A stretch of 64,000 nt of DNA from Planctomycetota bacterium (lineage in GTDB: Bacteria; Planctomycetota; UBA1135; UBA2386). Made by a program: the position numbers and the translations under genes. The stretch covers positions 2,880,001 to 2,944,000 of the forward strand of contig JBKAGP010000001.1 of the NCBI GenBank assembly GCA_046290465.1, in the 5' to 3' direction. The notes beneath the pieces were generated by a model. It did no database searches and was not told the DNA's origin. It saw only the letters and a program-made list of their open reading frames with translations. The stretch's first letter is position 1. Every line of letters begins with the position of its first letter. This document shows, piece by piece, positions 1-9,319 of the stretch.

Positions 1-1260
1 CACGCCGCCGTTGGTCTGCCGGACGAACATCACGTCCTCGGCGTCGCTCAGGCAGATCACCTGCGCCGACCAGGCGCCGCCGTTCGACACCGTCTCGCCG
101 GCCGTGAAGTCGCCGACCAAGCCGCTGACGTCGATCTCCTGCACCGCGACGCCGCCGCGCACGCCGGCCGCCGCCCCGTCCTCGAGCGACGAGTACTTCA
201 CGACTCGGCAGTCGAAGCCCATCCCCGTGCACCAGTTCTTGAAGCTCGGGATCATCCGCATCGTCGGCGACGGCGCGGTCAGCAGCTTCTGCCCGTCGGA
301 CGGCGGTTGAGCCCACTGGCCGTAGGTCGTCCCGTAGGTGATCTCCTGCGGGTCGGTGAGCCCCAGACCCGGCAGCGGCGCGTAGGGCGCCCACGCGCCC
401 TGCGTGTGCGTCTCGACCGACACCACCGACCGGTCCGTCGCCGCGCTGGCGTGGGCGCCGGCGACGCCGCCCAACGCGACCGGCAGGCAGTTCCACCAGA
501 CCCGGGTGATGACGTCCGAGATCCCCGGCGTGCCCGTCAGCGTGTGCACGTAGAGCTCGTCGTCCCCGGCGGTGCTGACCGAGTAGAGCACGACGCCCGA
601 CCAGGTGTTGCCCGCGTTGCGGATGATGTCGCCGGGGTAGATGGTGGTCGAACCGTCGACCGTGATCTTGGTGGCCTTGCGCGCGCCGCTGTCCCAAACG
701 ACCGGGTCGGCCGCGTCGCCGCTGACGTCGAAGTTCGCCTGGTCGGCGTCGGCCCACAGCTTCGACTGCATCCAGTGCCGGATCGTCGGAGCGGCGAAGT
801 CAGTCGTCGTAGACCCGTCGGGGTCGATGATCAGGCACTCGACGCCGGTGCCGCCGCCGACCCAGCCGTCGAGCAGCGCCTCGACGCGGGAACCGAGCAG
901 GTTTTGGTAGTAGGCCGAGTCCGGGACGCCGGCCGTGCCCGCGTGGAGCGCGGGCGTCGACCACATGAACTCCGCCGGCACCAGCTTCACCAACAGGTGC
1001 GAGCCGCCGTAGCCGGTCGGCAGCGTCTCGGCGAACTTGCCGACGACGATGCCGACGCTGACGAGGCTGAGGTTCTGGTCGGTGGCCGCGGCCTTTGGCG
1101 CGATCAGGTCGCCCTCGCTGACCGCGGCGAACTGGCCGCTGCTGCCCGAGATCAGGACGTGGTACGGCGGGAGCTGCGGCCAGAGCGCACCCGGCGGGCT
1201 GACATGGCGGTCGCCACCGATCAGCATGTAGGGGGTCGTCGCCACCCTGACACTCTGCAT
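1..1260 (-). CDS. Large phage protein, probably virion structural (partial, runs off window, >=420 aa)
   Basis: Hand-translated frame from ATG 1260 (MQSVRVATTPYMLIGGDRH...) is open to position 1, with GC3-rich codons and G/T/V/S-rich composition. Absent from the ORF track because its stop lies outside the window. Confidence 0.7.
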   Translation of the reverse strand, partial: MQSVRVATTPYMLIGGDRHVSPPGALWPQLPPYHVLISGSSGQFAAVSEGDLIAPKAAATDQNLSLVSVGIVVGKFAETLPTGYGGSHLLVKLVPAEFMWSTPALHAGTAGVPDSAYYQNLLGSRVEALLDGWVGGGTGVECLIIDPDGSTTTDFAAPTIRHWMQSKLWADADQANFDVSGDAADPVVWDSGARKATKITVDGSTTIYPGDIIRNAGNTWSGVVLYSVSTAGDDELYVHTLTGTPGISDVITRVWWNCLPVALGGVAGAHASAATDRSVVSVETHTQGAWAPYAPLPGLGLTDPQEITYGTTYGQWAQPPSDGQKLLTAPSPTMRMIPSFKNWCTGMGFDCRVVKYSSLEDGAAAGVRGGVAVQEIDVSGLVGDFTAGETVSNGGAWSAQVICLSDAEDVMFVRQTNGGV

Positions 1261-1308
1261 CGGATGGGTGAACGATTGCGAGAGGGTCGTTCATCCCTGC
1301 TGAACAGA

Positions 1309-1533
1309 TCAGGATTTTTCTTCGTCGACCTGGTCGAGGCTCGGCGGCTCGACCTCCATGGATCGGAAGCGCTGACCGCAGCTGAGGCAGCGGTGGTAGC
1401 GGGTTACGCCGCTTCGGTTCTGACCTGTGCACCGCGCCCGGTTCTTGCCGCAGCGCGGGCATCGTGGCGGAACCCGCGGGACCGTCGGGTAGAAGTCGCT
1501 GTCGTCATCGTCGTCGTCGATGGCCCGGATCAC
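1309..1533 (-). CDS. Small zinc-ribbon protein (Ogr/Delta-like late regulator candidate)
   Basis: CPRC...CLSCGQRF motifs; ATGA overlap with the terL stop. Confidence 0.6.
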   Translation of the reverse strand: MIRAIDDDDDDSDFYPTVPRVPPRCPRCGKNRARCTGQNRSGVTRYHRCLSCGQRFRSMEVEPPSLDQVDEEKS

Positions 1534-3389
1534 GCGGAACCGCCTCCGAACAGGTCGAGCCCGAGCCCGCCGCGCGCGCCGCGGCGCCCCTCCGACCGAC
1601 GCTCCCTACGAGGCTTCCGGGCGACGGCTGCGGCGTCGAGCTTGTGCACGCCGAGCCGGTGCGCCATCGCGACGTTGTAGACCTGGGTGTCCCAGAAGTG
1701 GTTCTGGCTGCCGGCGGTCTTCTTGACCCAGCGGTCCGTCGTCTTCGTCTTGCTGACCACCGAGACCTTGTGCTCGCTCGTCATCTCGCGAAGGAACTGC
1801 TGGTCGACCTCCTGGTAGAGGTGGTAACCGCGGTCGCCGGGTTCGCCGTTCTCGATGCTGTCGGCCAGGTGGTCCTTGAACATGCCGACGTTCAGGCCCC
1901 AGATCTGCATGCCGATCGGCTGACCCGTCCTCGGGTGGCGCTCGACCTTGCGCGGCTTCCATAGAACGGGGTCGTCGTACTCTTGCCCGGAGCACATGTG
2001 CACGATGCCCCTGTGCTTCCTCGCGAAGTCGATCACGTCGTTCTGGCGGTAGTTCGCGTCAACGAACACGCCGGCGATGCGAACGTCGCCCGGCCACGGC
2101 TTGTGGAACAGGATCGCCTCGAGATCGCTGAAGTCGTCAACGCGGCCGTGATCGAGTAGCCACGACTCCATCTTCGGCCCCCACCCGGTCAGCGAGTAGG
2201 CCAGGAAGCGCTTCTGGACGTCGACGCCACCGGTGACGACCAGCACACCTTCCGGAACATCCCCGCGGTTGTAGCCGCCGACGCACTCCTTGATGACCTC
2301 GATCCGCGTGTCCTGCGTTCGGTCGACGTAGACCTCCGCGAGCCACGAGTTGACGAAGTTCTGGTACTCCGGCGTGCCCTTGGCGCTCAGGTACTCGGCC
2401 GCGATCTCCCACCAGGTCAAGAACGGCGAGTAGGCCGCCCAGATGTGGTAGCTCCGGTGCGGGTTTCGCTCGTCGAGTTCGAGACGACCATCGACGAGGT
2501 GATCCTCGAGCGTGACGCCCTTCGGGCACCAGACGCCCTTCGGAAGAAGCTGCGTCCGCTTCTGCTCGTCGTTGATCGGCTTCGCGCACGACTCGCACTC
2601 GTACCAGGCCTTTTTGCGCTCTTTCATGGCGCGCGCGTCGGCGATGTCCTCCGGCCACTTGATCTGGTCGAGCTTCAGGACCTGGTAGGTGCCGCAGTGC
2701 GGGCACGGGACGTGGTAGCGGCGCTGGTCCCCCTTCTCGAACTCGCGGATGATCAGCGAACCTGAGTCGGTCGGCGTGCTCGCGATCACGATGCAGTGGT
2801 TCGGGAAAGTCCGCGTTCGCTCTCGCGCCAGATTGAACGGCGGCGCCTCGCCCCGAGCCTTTGCCGGCCACTTGTCGCACTCGTCTGCGAAGAGCCACCG
2901 CGCGGGGTAGCTGGCGAGGTCCTGCGGGTTGACGGCGCTACGGAACAGGATGCGGGAACGGCGAAGCTGAATCTGGCGCTGCTTCGAGTCGAAACGTCGA
3001 TCCGTCAGCTGCCCGCGCCACGTCGGGCTGACCTCCATGGCCGGCCGGATCTTGTTCTCGCAGAACTCGACGGCCGCCTCCTTCGAAGGCATCACGAGCG
3101 TCGACGGACCAGGGTCGCGGCACGTCGCGTACGCCATCATGTTGATCATCGCCTGCGTCTTGCCGACCTGCGTGCTCGCGACGACCGTGATCTGCCGCAC
3201 CCACCCGCGGCCGATCGAGTCCATCCACTCGGCGCCGTAGGGAGTGCGCGCCGTCCTGTATGGACTACCTGCCTCGGCGCTGTCCGGCGGCAGGAAGAGG
3301 TTCTCGTCGGCCCACTCGCTGACGCGCACCCGCTTGGGGTAGGTGAACGCCTCGCCGCGGCGGCCAGCCCAGAGTGGTGACACCGTCAC
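1530..3389 (-). CDS. Phage terminase large subunit, lambda gpA family
   Basis: SEWAD, ASTQVGKT Walker A, FADECD Walker B, ASTPT, CPHCG, GVDVQ nuclease motif, NHFWDTQVY. GTG start overlaps the terS stop. Confidence 0.93.
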   Translation of the reverse strand: MTVSPLWAGRRGEAFTYPKRVRVSEWADENLFLPPDSAEAGSPYRTARTPYGAEWMDSIGRGWVRQITVVASTQVGKTQAMINMMAYATCRDPGPSTLVMPSKEAAVEFCENKIRPAMEVSPTWRGQLTDRRFDSKQRQIQLRRSRILFRSAVNPQDLASYPARWLFADECDKWPAKARGEAPPFNLARERTRTFPNHCIVIASTPTDSGSLIIREFEKGDQRRYHVPCPHCGTYQVLKLDQIKWPEDIADARAMKERKKAWYECESCAKPINDEQKRTQLLPKGVWCPKGVTLEDHLVDGRLELDERNPHRSYHIWAAYSPFLTWWEIAAEYLSAKGTPEYQNFVNSWLAEVYVDRTQDTRIEVIKECVGGYNRGDVPEGVLVVTGGVDVQKRFLAYSLTGWGPKMESWLLDHGRVDDFSDLEAILFHKPWPGDVRIAGVFVDANYRQNDVIDFARKHRGIVHMCSGQEYDDPVLWKPRKVERHPRTGQPIGMQIWGLNVGMFKDHLADSIENGEPGDRGYHLYQEVDQQFLREMTSEHKVSVVSKTKTTDRWVKKTAGSQNHFWDTQVYNVAMAHRLGVHKLDAAAVARKPRRERRSEGRRGARGGLGLDLFGGGSA

Positions 3390-3853
3390 GCGACCGACTC
3401 CCTCTTCAGCGTCTCGATCGCGAGGCTCATCTCCTCGTCGTAGACCTCCTGCACGAACTCGGGCGTTGGGTTCACGTTGCCGAGACGACGCGCCAAGCGC
3501 GGGCCGAGCATCCGGAGGGCGTTCATCACCTGCGCCCAGCGCTGCGCGTCCTCGCGCTCGCACTCCTCCTTCGAATGCAGCAGCCCCTCGGCCTTGGCGA
3601 GTTCGAGCTCGGCGCGCTTCGCATCGGCAAGGCGCTTCCGCTCCAGAGGCTTGCTCGGCTTCTGCTCCTCGATGCTCGCCTTCGCCTTTCGCGGGCCCGG
3701 GATCCGGCGCTGCTCGGCGCGCCAGGCCTTCGCCCGCTTCGCCCAGGCCTTGATCGCCTCCCCATTCGCGGGGAGAGGCATCCCCTTCGCCCGGTCACGC
3801 TCGATCGTGCGGACGCTGACCCCCAGTGCCTTGGCGAGCTGGCCATTCGTCAT
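3386..3853 (-). CDS. Terminase small subunit (Nu1-like)
   Basis: N-terminal HTH (QLAKALGVSVRTIERDRAKGMP) plus helical coiled coil, directly upstream of terL. Confidence 0.8.
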   Translation of the reverse strand: MTNGQLAKALGVSVRTIERDRAKGMPLPANGEAIKAWAKRAKAWRAEQRRIPGPRKAKASIEEQKPSKPLERKRLADAKRAELELAKAEGLLHSKEECEREDAQRWAQVMNALRMLGPRLARRLGNVNPTPEFVQEVYDEEMSLAIETLKRESVA

Positions 3854-3913
3854 CCAGCTCCACCGCCACCGACAACAACCAAAAATCCGGCCACCACGTA
3901 GCCAGAAACGTCG

Positions 3914-3955
3914 TGCGGACCGCCCACTTGCGAGCCTCGCCGCCCGGAAGGACCC
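3914..3955 (-). other. Putative cos site: cosQ GGGTCCT (3955-3949) and 12-nt cohesive end GGGCGGTCCGCA (3925-3914)
   Basis: Same heptamer and same 23-nt spacing to a GGGCGG-starting 12-mer as in lambda; lies upstream of terS. Confidence 0.7.
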
Positions 3956-4034
3956 GCCCGACCGCACCGGACCTGCGCCCCAGCGCATCGGATGCGCCCG
4001 GCCGCGGCCGGCGCGCCGAGGCTCGCACGAGCGA

Positions 4035-4631
4035 TCACGCGAGCCCCCACACCACGATCGCGCCGATCACGGCGCCGACCAGCCCCATGACGATCGCGAA
4101 CACAGGGCGCCGCCGCTGCCCCTCAACCGCCGCGGCGACGGCGCGCCGCAGACGGTAGATCGCCTCGGCCGCCGACTGGATCTCCTTGGCCTCGTAGCCC
4201 GTCGGATCGAATGTTCCTTCGGCGAGCTGCTCGATGCAAAGCAGGCATCGGCGCAGATGCCTCCCGTTGGCCTTGGCCTCCTCCGCGCGGATCTGCCATG
4301 CGAATCGTTCGTTGGCCAACTCGGCGGACTCCTGGCTCGCGTCGATCAGCATCTTCACCCCAGCAGTTGGAGTGACGTCTTCCCTGCACCACTCCCACAG
4401 TTCAGCCGTGTCGAGCAGGTCGCACACGCCGGAGAGTTCGGCCTCGGCCTTCTCGGCGCGCGCCCTCAGCTCGTCGCGCTCGGCCAGCAAGCGACGCAGC
4501 ATGTTCACGACCGCCTTGATGTGGCGCATCGCGGGGTGGTTTAGCGACCCGTCGTAGTGCCGGAAAACGTCGCCATGGGCCTTGTACTCCCATGCTGTCA
4601 CGTCCGCCTGCGTGACCGGGGTGCTACTCAT
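4035..4631 (-). CDS. Phage hypothetical protein, coiled coil with C-terminal TM helix
   Basis: ATG 4631 overlaps the upstream gene end; hydrophobic C-terminus VFAIVMGLVGAVIGAIVVWGLA. Confidence 0.6.
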   Translation of the reverse strand: MSSTPVTQADVTAWEYKAHGDVFRHYDGSLNHPAMRHIKAVVNMLRRLLAERDELRARAEKAEAELSGVCDLLDTAELWEWCREDVTPTAGVKMLIDASQESAELANERFAWQIRAEEAKANGRHLRRCLLCIEQLAEGTFDPTGYEAKEIQSAAEAIYRLRRAVAAAVEGQRRRPVFAIVMGLVGAVIGAIVVWGLA

Positions 4632-4875
4632 CGTCGATCTCCACGATCTCGCAGGAGTAAACCGGCATATCGCGGTCGCACAGGTATTCGCCTGCCTCGT
4701 TGAACGCTTCACAGCGCCGTCCGTCTGGCGCGTCGGCGTTCTTGGTCGTGCTGGCATACTCCGACTTGAACGCAACGTGCGGCTTGCCGTCTTCGTCGAA
4801 CCACACAAGCAGGCCGGGCTGAGCCCTCTCGACGGTCGTGGGGAATCCCAGGGGGCGCACTTCGATTTGACTCAT
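4624..4875 (-). CDS. Phage hypothetical protein (83 aa)
   Basis: MSQIEVRPLGFP...; overlaps neighbours on both sides. Confidence 0.55.
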   Translation of the reverse strand: MSQIEVRPLGFPTTVERAQPGLLVWFDEDGKPHVAFKSEYASTTKNADAPDGRRCEAFNEAGEYLCDRDMPVYSCEIVEIDDE

Positions 4876-6800
4876 CGCCGCCCCTGCGTCGGAACGCCCG
4901 GCGCGAACCACGACATGCGGCCGGCCTTGGCGTCGTTGTGCATCTGCTCCCAGATCGCGCGCGCCTGCTCGTGCTGCGGCTCATGGCGCAGCAACACGGA
5001 TATGGCGCACGGGAACCACTCGACGACGAACCAGCCGGTGCGGTGCGCGCCCTTGCCCTCGGCCATCTCGACGTCGGGGAGCGGCGTGCCGTCGGTGAAC
5101 GCGGTGTTGTCCCACTCGACCCAACGACCGCCCTGCCGGCGGTAGGCGTGCGCGAGCACGGCCTTGGCGGCGCGCAACGCCATGGCGCGGCCCTCGGGGA
5201 TGTCGAACTCGGTGCACGCCAGGTCGAGGCCGTAGGCGCCGAACGCCTGCTGCCACCACATCACGCCGCGCGTGTAGCGCTTCTCGCGGCCCTTGTCGAA
5301 GTCGCCGAGGATTCGGTCGTCCTTGCGCGGATCCCAGACGTCGCCCGGCTTGCTGCCGAGCTGCGGTACGTAGACCTTCACCACGCGCTGCCGGAACCGC
5401 TGGCGCACGAGCTGCGCGAGCTCGCGGTCGGCCAGGTTGTTCCACAGCTGCACGGCAACGATGCCGGCGTAGCCGACCGAGCGCGCCGCGTCCGGGCCGC
5501 TGGTCGACAGCCGCGGGTCGATCGTCTCCTGCAGCAGGAAGCTGCGCGCCTGGTGCTCCAGCTCCCACTGCAGCGCCGGCGACGCCGTGTAGCGCGCGCC
5601 GGCCGACAGGGTGCCGACGAGCCAGTGCTCGCGGTCGGCCCCGAACCACTCCCCCGGCACGTCCCACGGAGCGATCGGCCGCTCCTTGCCGAGCTGGTCG
5701 GGCGACACGTCCTTCCGGTGGTGCGCGCGCGAGTGCCAGAACACGAGCTCGGGGTGCTGCTGCAGCCGCAGGTGCTCGCCGTCGGCCTCGAGGTGGTGGC
5801 ACGGCCGGTTCGCGTACTTCAGCGCCGACAGGTAGGCCACCCACTCGGCGCCGACGCCGCCGGGCAGCATCGGCTCGCCCCGCACGAACACCTGATCCTC
5901 CTGCGACCCCGTCTGCGTGCTGTTCGGCGCGATCCCGACGACCGGGTAGCCCCAGTCGTGCAGCCGCGCGACGGCGCCGGGCAGCTTCTCGCCGGCCCAG
6001 CGCATGGGGTCGAATCCGGCCGGGTAGAGCGGGTTCCCGTCCGGCAGCAGCTTCTCGATGCCGACGGCGCCGATGGCCAGCGACGCGACCGCCTGCACGC
6101 TGCGGTGCTCGGCCGGCGTGTCCAGATGCCGCGGCCAGACGATCACGAACGGGATGATGCGCGCCTGGCCGTCGGCGAACCGGCTCGGCGACACGATCGG
6201 CTGGAAGAAGTGCCGCCCCACCGGCAGCACGACGCCGTCGCCGAATGTCAGCCGCTGCGCCGCGACGTCGGCGTGCACGTCGGGCACCGTCGGGTCCGAC
6301 GCCGTCACGGCGAACTCGCCGTGAGCCCACGCCTCGCCCGGGTAGTGCCGCAGCCAGACGTCCTGGCACAGCATGCGGCCGACGCGGGCGCGCAAGTGCG
6401 CCGTCCAGGCCGCGCCGTCGACCGCGACCTCGACCAGGTGCAGCGGCTGGCCGTTGAGCTTCAGCGCGCCGCCGAACCAGCCGAGCAGGTCCTGCGGCAG
6501 CGCACCGATCGCGTGCGGCGCCGCGACGCCCTCGGACAGGTCGAGCTCGAGGCGGCCGCCGGCGGGCAGCGTGGCCCAGACGTCGATCGCGTGCACGTCG
6601 CGCCCGCAGGCGTCGCCGAGCACGAACCGCGCGGCGCCAACGCGGCCGCTGGCGTGTGGCGGCAGCCGGTCGATGGTCGAGCGCACCCACCCCTCGAACG
6701 GCACCGGGCCGTGGTTGGCCAGGCGCACGGTCTGCGCCGCGAGCGCAGCACACCAGGCGAATAGGAACGCGAATAAGTACAGCACGTTCTGCAGTCTCAT
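4872..6800 (-). CDS. Phage-encoded secreted protein (642 aa); beta N-terminus with probable alpha/alpha-barrel C-terminus
   Basis: ATG 6800 with signal peptide MRLQNVLYLFAFLFAWCAALAAQ; ATGA overlaps at both ends. Confidence 0.75.
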   Translation of the reverse strand: MRLQNVLYLFAFLFAWCAALAAQTVRLANHGPVPFEGWVRSTIDRLPPHASGRVGAARFVLGDACGRDVHAIDVWATLPAGGRLELDLSEGVAAPHAIGALPQDLLGWFGGALKLNGQPLHLVEVAVDGAAWTAHLRARVGRMLCQDVWLRHYPGEAWAHGEFAVTASDPTVPDVHADVAAQRLTFGDGVVLPVGRHFFQPIVSPSRFADGQARIIPFVIVWPRHLDTPAEHRSVQAVASLAIGAVGIEKLLPDGNPLYPAGFDPMRWAGEKLPGAVARLHDWGYPVVGIAPNSTQTGSQEDQVFVRGEPMLPGGVGAEWVAYLSALKYANRPCHHLEADGEHLRLQQHPELVFWHSRAHHRKDVSPDQLGKERPIAPWDVPGEWFGADREHWLVGTLSAGARYTASPALQWELEHQARSFLLQETIDPRLSTSGPDAARSVGYAGIVAVQLWNNLADRELAQLVRQRFRQRVVKVYVPQLGSKPGDVWDPRKDDRILGDFDKGREKRYTRGVMWWQQAFGAYGLDLACTEFDIPEGRAMALRAAKAVLAHAYRRQGGRWVEWDNTAFTDGTPLPDVEMAEGKGAHRTGWFVVEWFPCAISVLLRHEPQHEQARAIWEQMHNDAKAGRMSWFAPGVPTQGRR

Positions 6801-7663
6801 GAGTTGTTGGCCTCCTCCTCGTTGGCCCGAAGCTTCTCCCGGCGGCTGGCCCACAAGGACCGAGCCTTCTGTCTCTCCGCCTCGCTCAGGTCGGCGACCA
6901 GGTCGACGACGCCGTCGAGCTCCGCAGGCGTCTGCGCAGCGAGGATCGCGTCGCAAGCCCGGACGAACGGCGTCTTCACGCCGGCGAGCCACTCGAGCAG
7001 GATCCGCGGGATCGCGTCGTCCGGCTTCTGCTCGTGGTGCTCGGCGAGCGCCGGACAGCGCGTCTTCGTGACGACGAGCTCGTTGTTGCGCGGCTCCATC
7101 TCGGCGACCACGTCGAACTCGAACTCCATCCCGTCGCGCTGCACGGCCTGCGTGCCGACCTTCCGGATCACCTTCTTGCCGCGATCGTCGACGTCCTGGA
7201 GCCACTCGGACTTGGCGCGCATCGTCGCGATGACGTGCAGCGGCGCGCCGATCATCGCGTCGATCAGCTGGTTGTGCAGCGGCGTCACCGAGGCCCACGC
7301 GCCGAACGAGTTGCCCTTCATCGTCGAGGCCTGCCGATCGACCTGCTCGAGCGCGCCGCCGCGCCCCATCCAGGCATGCGACAGCGAGTCGATGACGAGC
7401 ACGTCGTGCTCCCCGGTGTTCGCGGCGGCCGCGATCGCCTTGACGAACTGGATCGGGCTGTGGTTCTCGAGGTCGAGGACGTCGAAGTCGAACGTGTCGG
7501 CGTACTTGCTCGCGCTGCCGCGCTCGGTGTCGATCAGGGCGACGCGCTTCTGCGCGAACGCGCTCGCGAACTTCAGGGCCGTGTAGGTCTTGCCCGCGCC
7601 GCTGGGGCCGACCAGGGCCATTCGCAGCCGGCTCTCGGACTTGACCGCCTTCTTGAACTGCAT
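6797..7663 (-). CDS. AAA_24/Sak4-like phage ATPase (recombination)
   Basis: MQFKKAVKSESRLRMALVGPSGAGKT, IDTERGSA, VIDSLSHAW, EFEFD. Confidence 0.85.
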   Translation of the reverse strand: MQFKKAVKSESRLRMALVGPSGAGKTYTALKFASAFAQKRVALIDTERGSASKYADTFDFDVLDLENHSPIQFVKAIAAAANTGEHDVLVIDSLSHAWMGRGGALEQVDRQASTMKGNSFGAWASVTPLHNQLIDAMIGAPLHVIATMRAKSEWLQDVDDRGKKVIRKVGTQAVQRDGMEFEFDVVAEMEPRNNELVVTKTRCPALAEHHEQKPDDAIPRILLEWLAGVKTPFVRACDAILAAQTPAELDGVVDLVADLSEAERQKARSLWASRREKLRANEEEANNS

Positions 7664-7665
7664 CG

Positions 7666-8307
7666 TCAATCGCTGGATCTCGGGTCCGGGGCGCCGCCGC
7701 GGCGCCCTCTCATGGGGCTGGGTTCCGGCTCCCCGGTGTGGGTCAGCTGCTCGAGCAGGTGCTCGAACTGGCGCTGCGCAAGAACCGGGGGGACAGGCAC
7801 GACGGCCTCGGCGATCGGCGCAGGAAGGCCTGGCCAACGCGGGTCACCCATCAGGTCGCGCGCCTCGGTGGCGAGCGCGACGTCGTCGGCCGCCTTGATG
7901 AGGCTGCCCGCCTCAGCGCTCAGCTTCCGGAGACCGAACCGGGCCCGGATGCAGCCCAGCAAGCGTGCCTCGGTCGTCGCGAAGCTCTCGAAGTAGCCAT
8001 CGCGCTCGACCCACAGGGCGCCCTTCACCGGGCGGATGATGTCGCCGAGGTAGGCCTCAGCCGCGTCGTGCAGCAGCGCTTGCAGCAGCAGCTCGCGATC
8101 GTCGACGCCGGCGCCGCGGACGAGCCGAGCGACCAGCACGCTGTGCTGCGCGACCGAGTAGAACCGCTCGCACCGGCCGGCGAAGCGGCACGTGCGCGCC
8201 AGGCTGTGCGCGATGTCGGTGGCGTCAACCTCCTCGGGCCGCGGGTCGAGCGGCCAGAACCTCCGACCGTCGGCCATGCCGATCCACTCGCCGATCCGCT
8301 CAGGCAC
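7666..8307 (-). CDS. HD-domain 5'-deoxynucleotidase (YfbR/YfdR-like)
   Basis: DIAHSLA..CRFAG, YSVAQHS, LLHDAAEAYLGD..RPVK, IKAAD. Confidence 0.88.
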   Translation of the reverse strand: MPERIGEWIGMADGRRFWPLDPRPEEVDATDIAHSLARTCRFAGRCERFYSVAQHSVLVARLVRGAGVDDRELLLQALLHDAAEAYLGDIIRPVKGALWVERDGYFESFATTEARLLGCIRARFGLRKLSAEAGSLIKAADDVALATEARDLMGDPRWPGLPAPIAEAVVPVPPVLAQRQFEHLLEQLTHTGEPEPSPMRGRRGGAPDPRSSD

Positions 8308-9319
8308 CCTCGACCCCCCGCATCACGTCGCGAAGCACGCTCTTGGCGGTCTTCGGTTCGGCCGGAGCCGACCCGGATCCGCCGAGAACCGGGTCGCTCT
8401 CGTCGATCACGACAGGCGGCCGCAGGTCCCGCTCCTTGCGCTTCATGCGCTCGTGGTCCCTCACGGCCAACCACTCGCAGCTGTCGAGCCAGCGGCTCAG
8501 CAGGGCGCCGTAGTCGCTGTTCGACTTGGACTTCGCGATCGCGACGAGATCGTGCACGTCGGCGACCGTGAGGCCGCGCGCGACGTGCGGAGCGACCTGC
8601 TTGCGGATCGCGCTCCGGCGGGCGACCGCGAACGGGATCACCGCCCGGTAGCGGGTCTCCATCAGCGCGTCCGTCACCGCCTCGAGCGTGTGCTCGTCGA
8701 CCTCGCCGCTCTCAGGCTGCGTCGCCGAAGGCGGCGCTTCTGCCGGCCGCGCAGCGGCCGACTCCCGGTCAGGCACTGACCCTCGCGCGGGCACGCGCGC
8801 ATTGGGTTGTACTGGGTTCTTACTGGGTTCGGGTGTCCTGGGGGGACACCCTTTAGGGTCCTGGGGGGACACCCTTTCGTCCGATTTGGACACCCTTTCG
8901 GGCTCAATGGGTGCCCCGGGAGGACACCCTTTCTCGTCAAAGGGTGTCCCAGCAGGACACCGTTCTTCGGCCCGAAAGGGTGCCCCGTCGGGACACCCTT
9001 TCGCCGCCGACTCGCCGCCGACCAGCGCCTGCCAAGCGTCATCAGCGGCGCCCGGCGATACGACCCAGACGGACATGCCGCGCGACCGGCCGCCCTTGCC
9101 GCGACGCTCGAGCTGCACCAGGCCGGCCTCGGCGAGCTGGTCGAGCACCTTCCGCACGACGCGCGGCGTCGACCCAACGCGGCGCGCGATGCCGGGCGCC
9201 GACGGCCAGGCGCGGCCGTCCTTGTCGGCGTGACAGAGGAGAACGAGGAGCACTCGCGCCTTCACCGGCAGCGCCTCGGACGAAGCCATCACGGCCAAAC
9301 GGTCCAGCAGTCCAGGCAT
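8300..9319 (-). CDS. Phage replication initiator with N-terminal HTH
   Basis: HADKDGRAWPS..IARRVG..PRVVRKVLDQLAEAGLV winged HTH; central KGCP repeats are the translation of DNA iterons. Confidence 0.8.
   Translation of the reverse strand: MPGLLDRLAVMASSEALPVKARVLLVLLCHADKDGRAWPSAPGIARRVGSTPRVVRKVLDQLAEAGLVQLERRGKGGRSRGMSVWVVSPGAADDAWQALVGGESAAKGCPDGAPFRAEERCPAGTPFDEKGCPPGAPIEPERVSKSDERVSPQDPKGCPPRTPEPSKNPVQPNARVPARGSVPDRESAAARPAEAPPSATQPESGEVDEHTLEAVTDALMETRYRAVIPFAVARRSAIRKQVAPHVARGLTVADVHDLVAIAKSKSNSDYGALLSRWLDSCEWLAVRDHERMKRKERDLRPPVVIDESDPVLGGSGSAPAEPKTAKSVLRDVMRGVEGA
8831..9003. repeat. Iteron array / putative phage origin inside the initiator gene
   Basis: Six GGACACC(CTTT) copies, most paired with inverted GGGTG(T/C)CC half-sites. 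Confidence 0.8.

Noticed and set aside
7666..8307. DatZ of a 2-aminoadenine (Z-DNA) pathway
   Set aside because: No PurZ or MazZ in the window; this HD family is common in ordinary prophages.
8831..9003. CRISPR array
   Set aside because: Repeats are short, irregularly spaced and inside a CDS, with no cas genes; they fit iterons.
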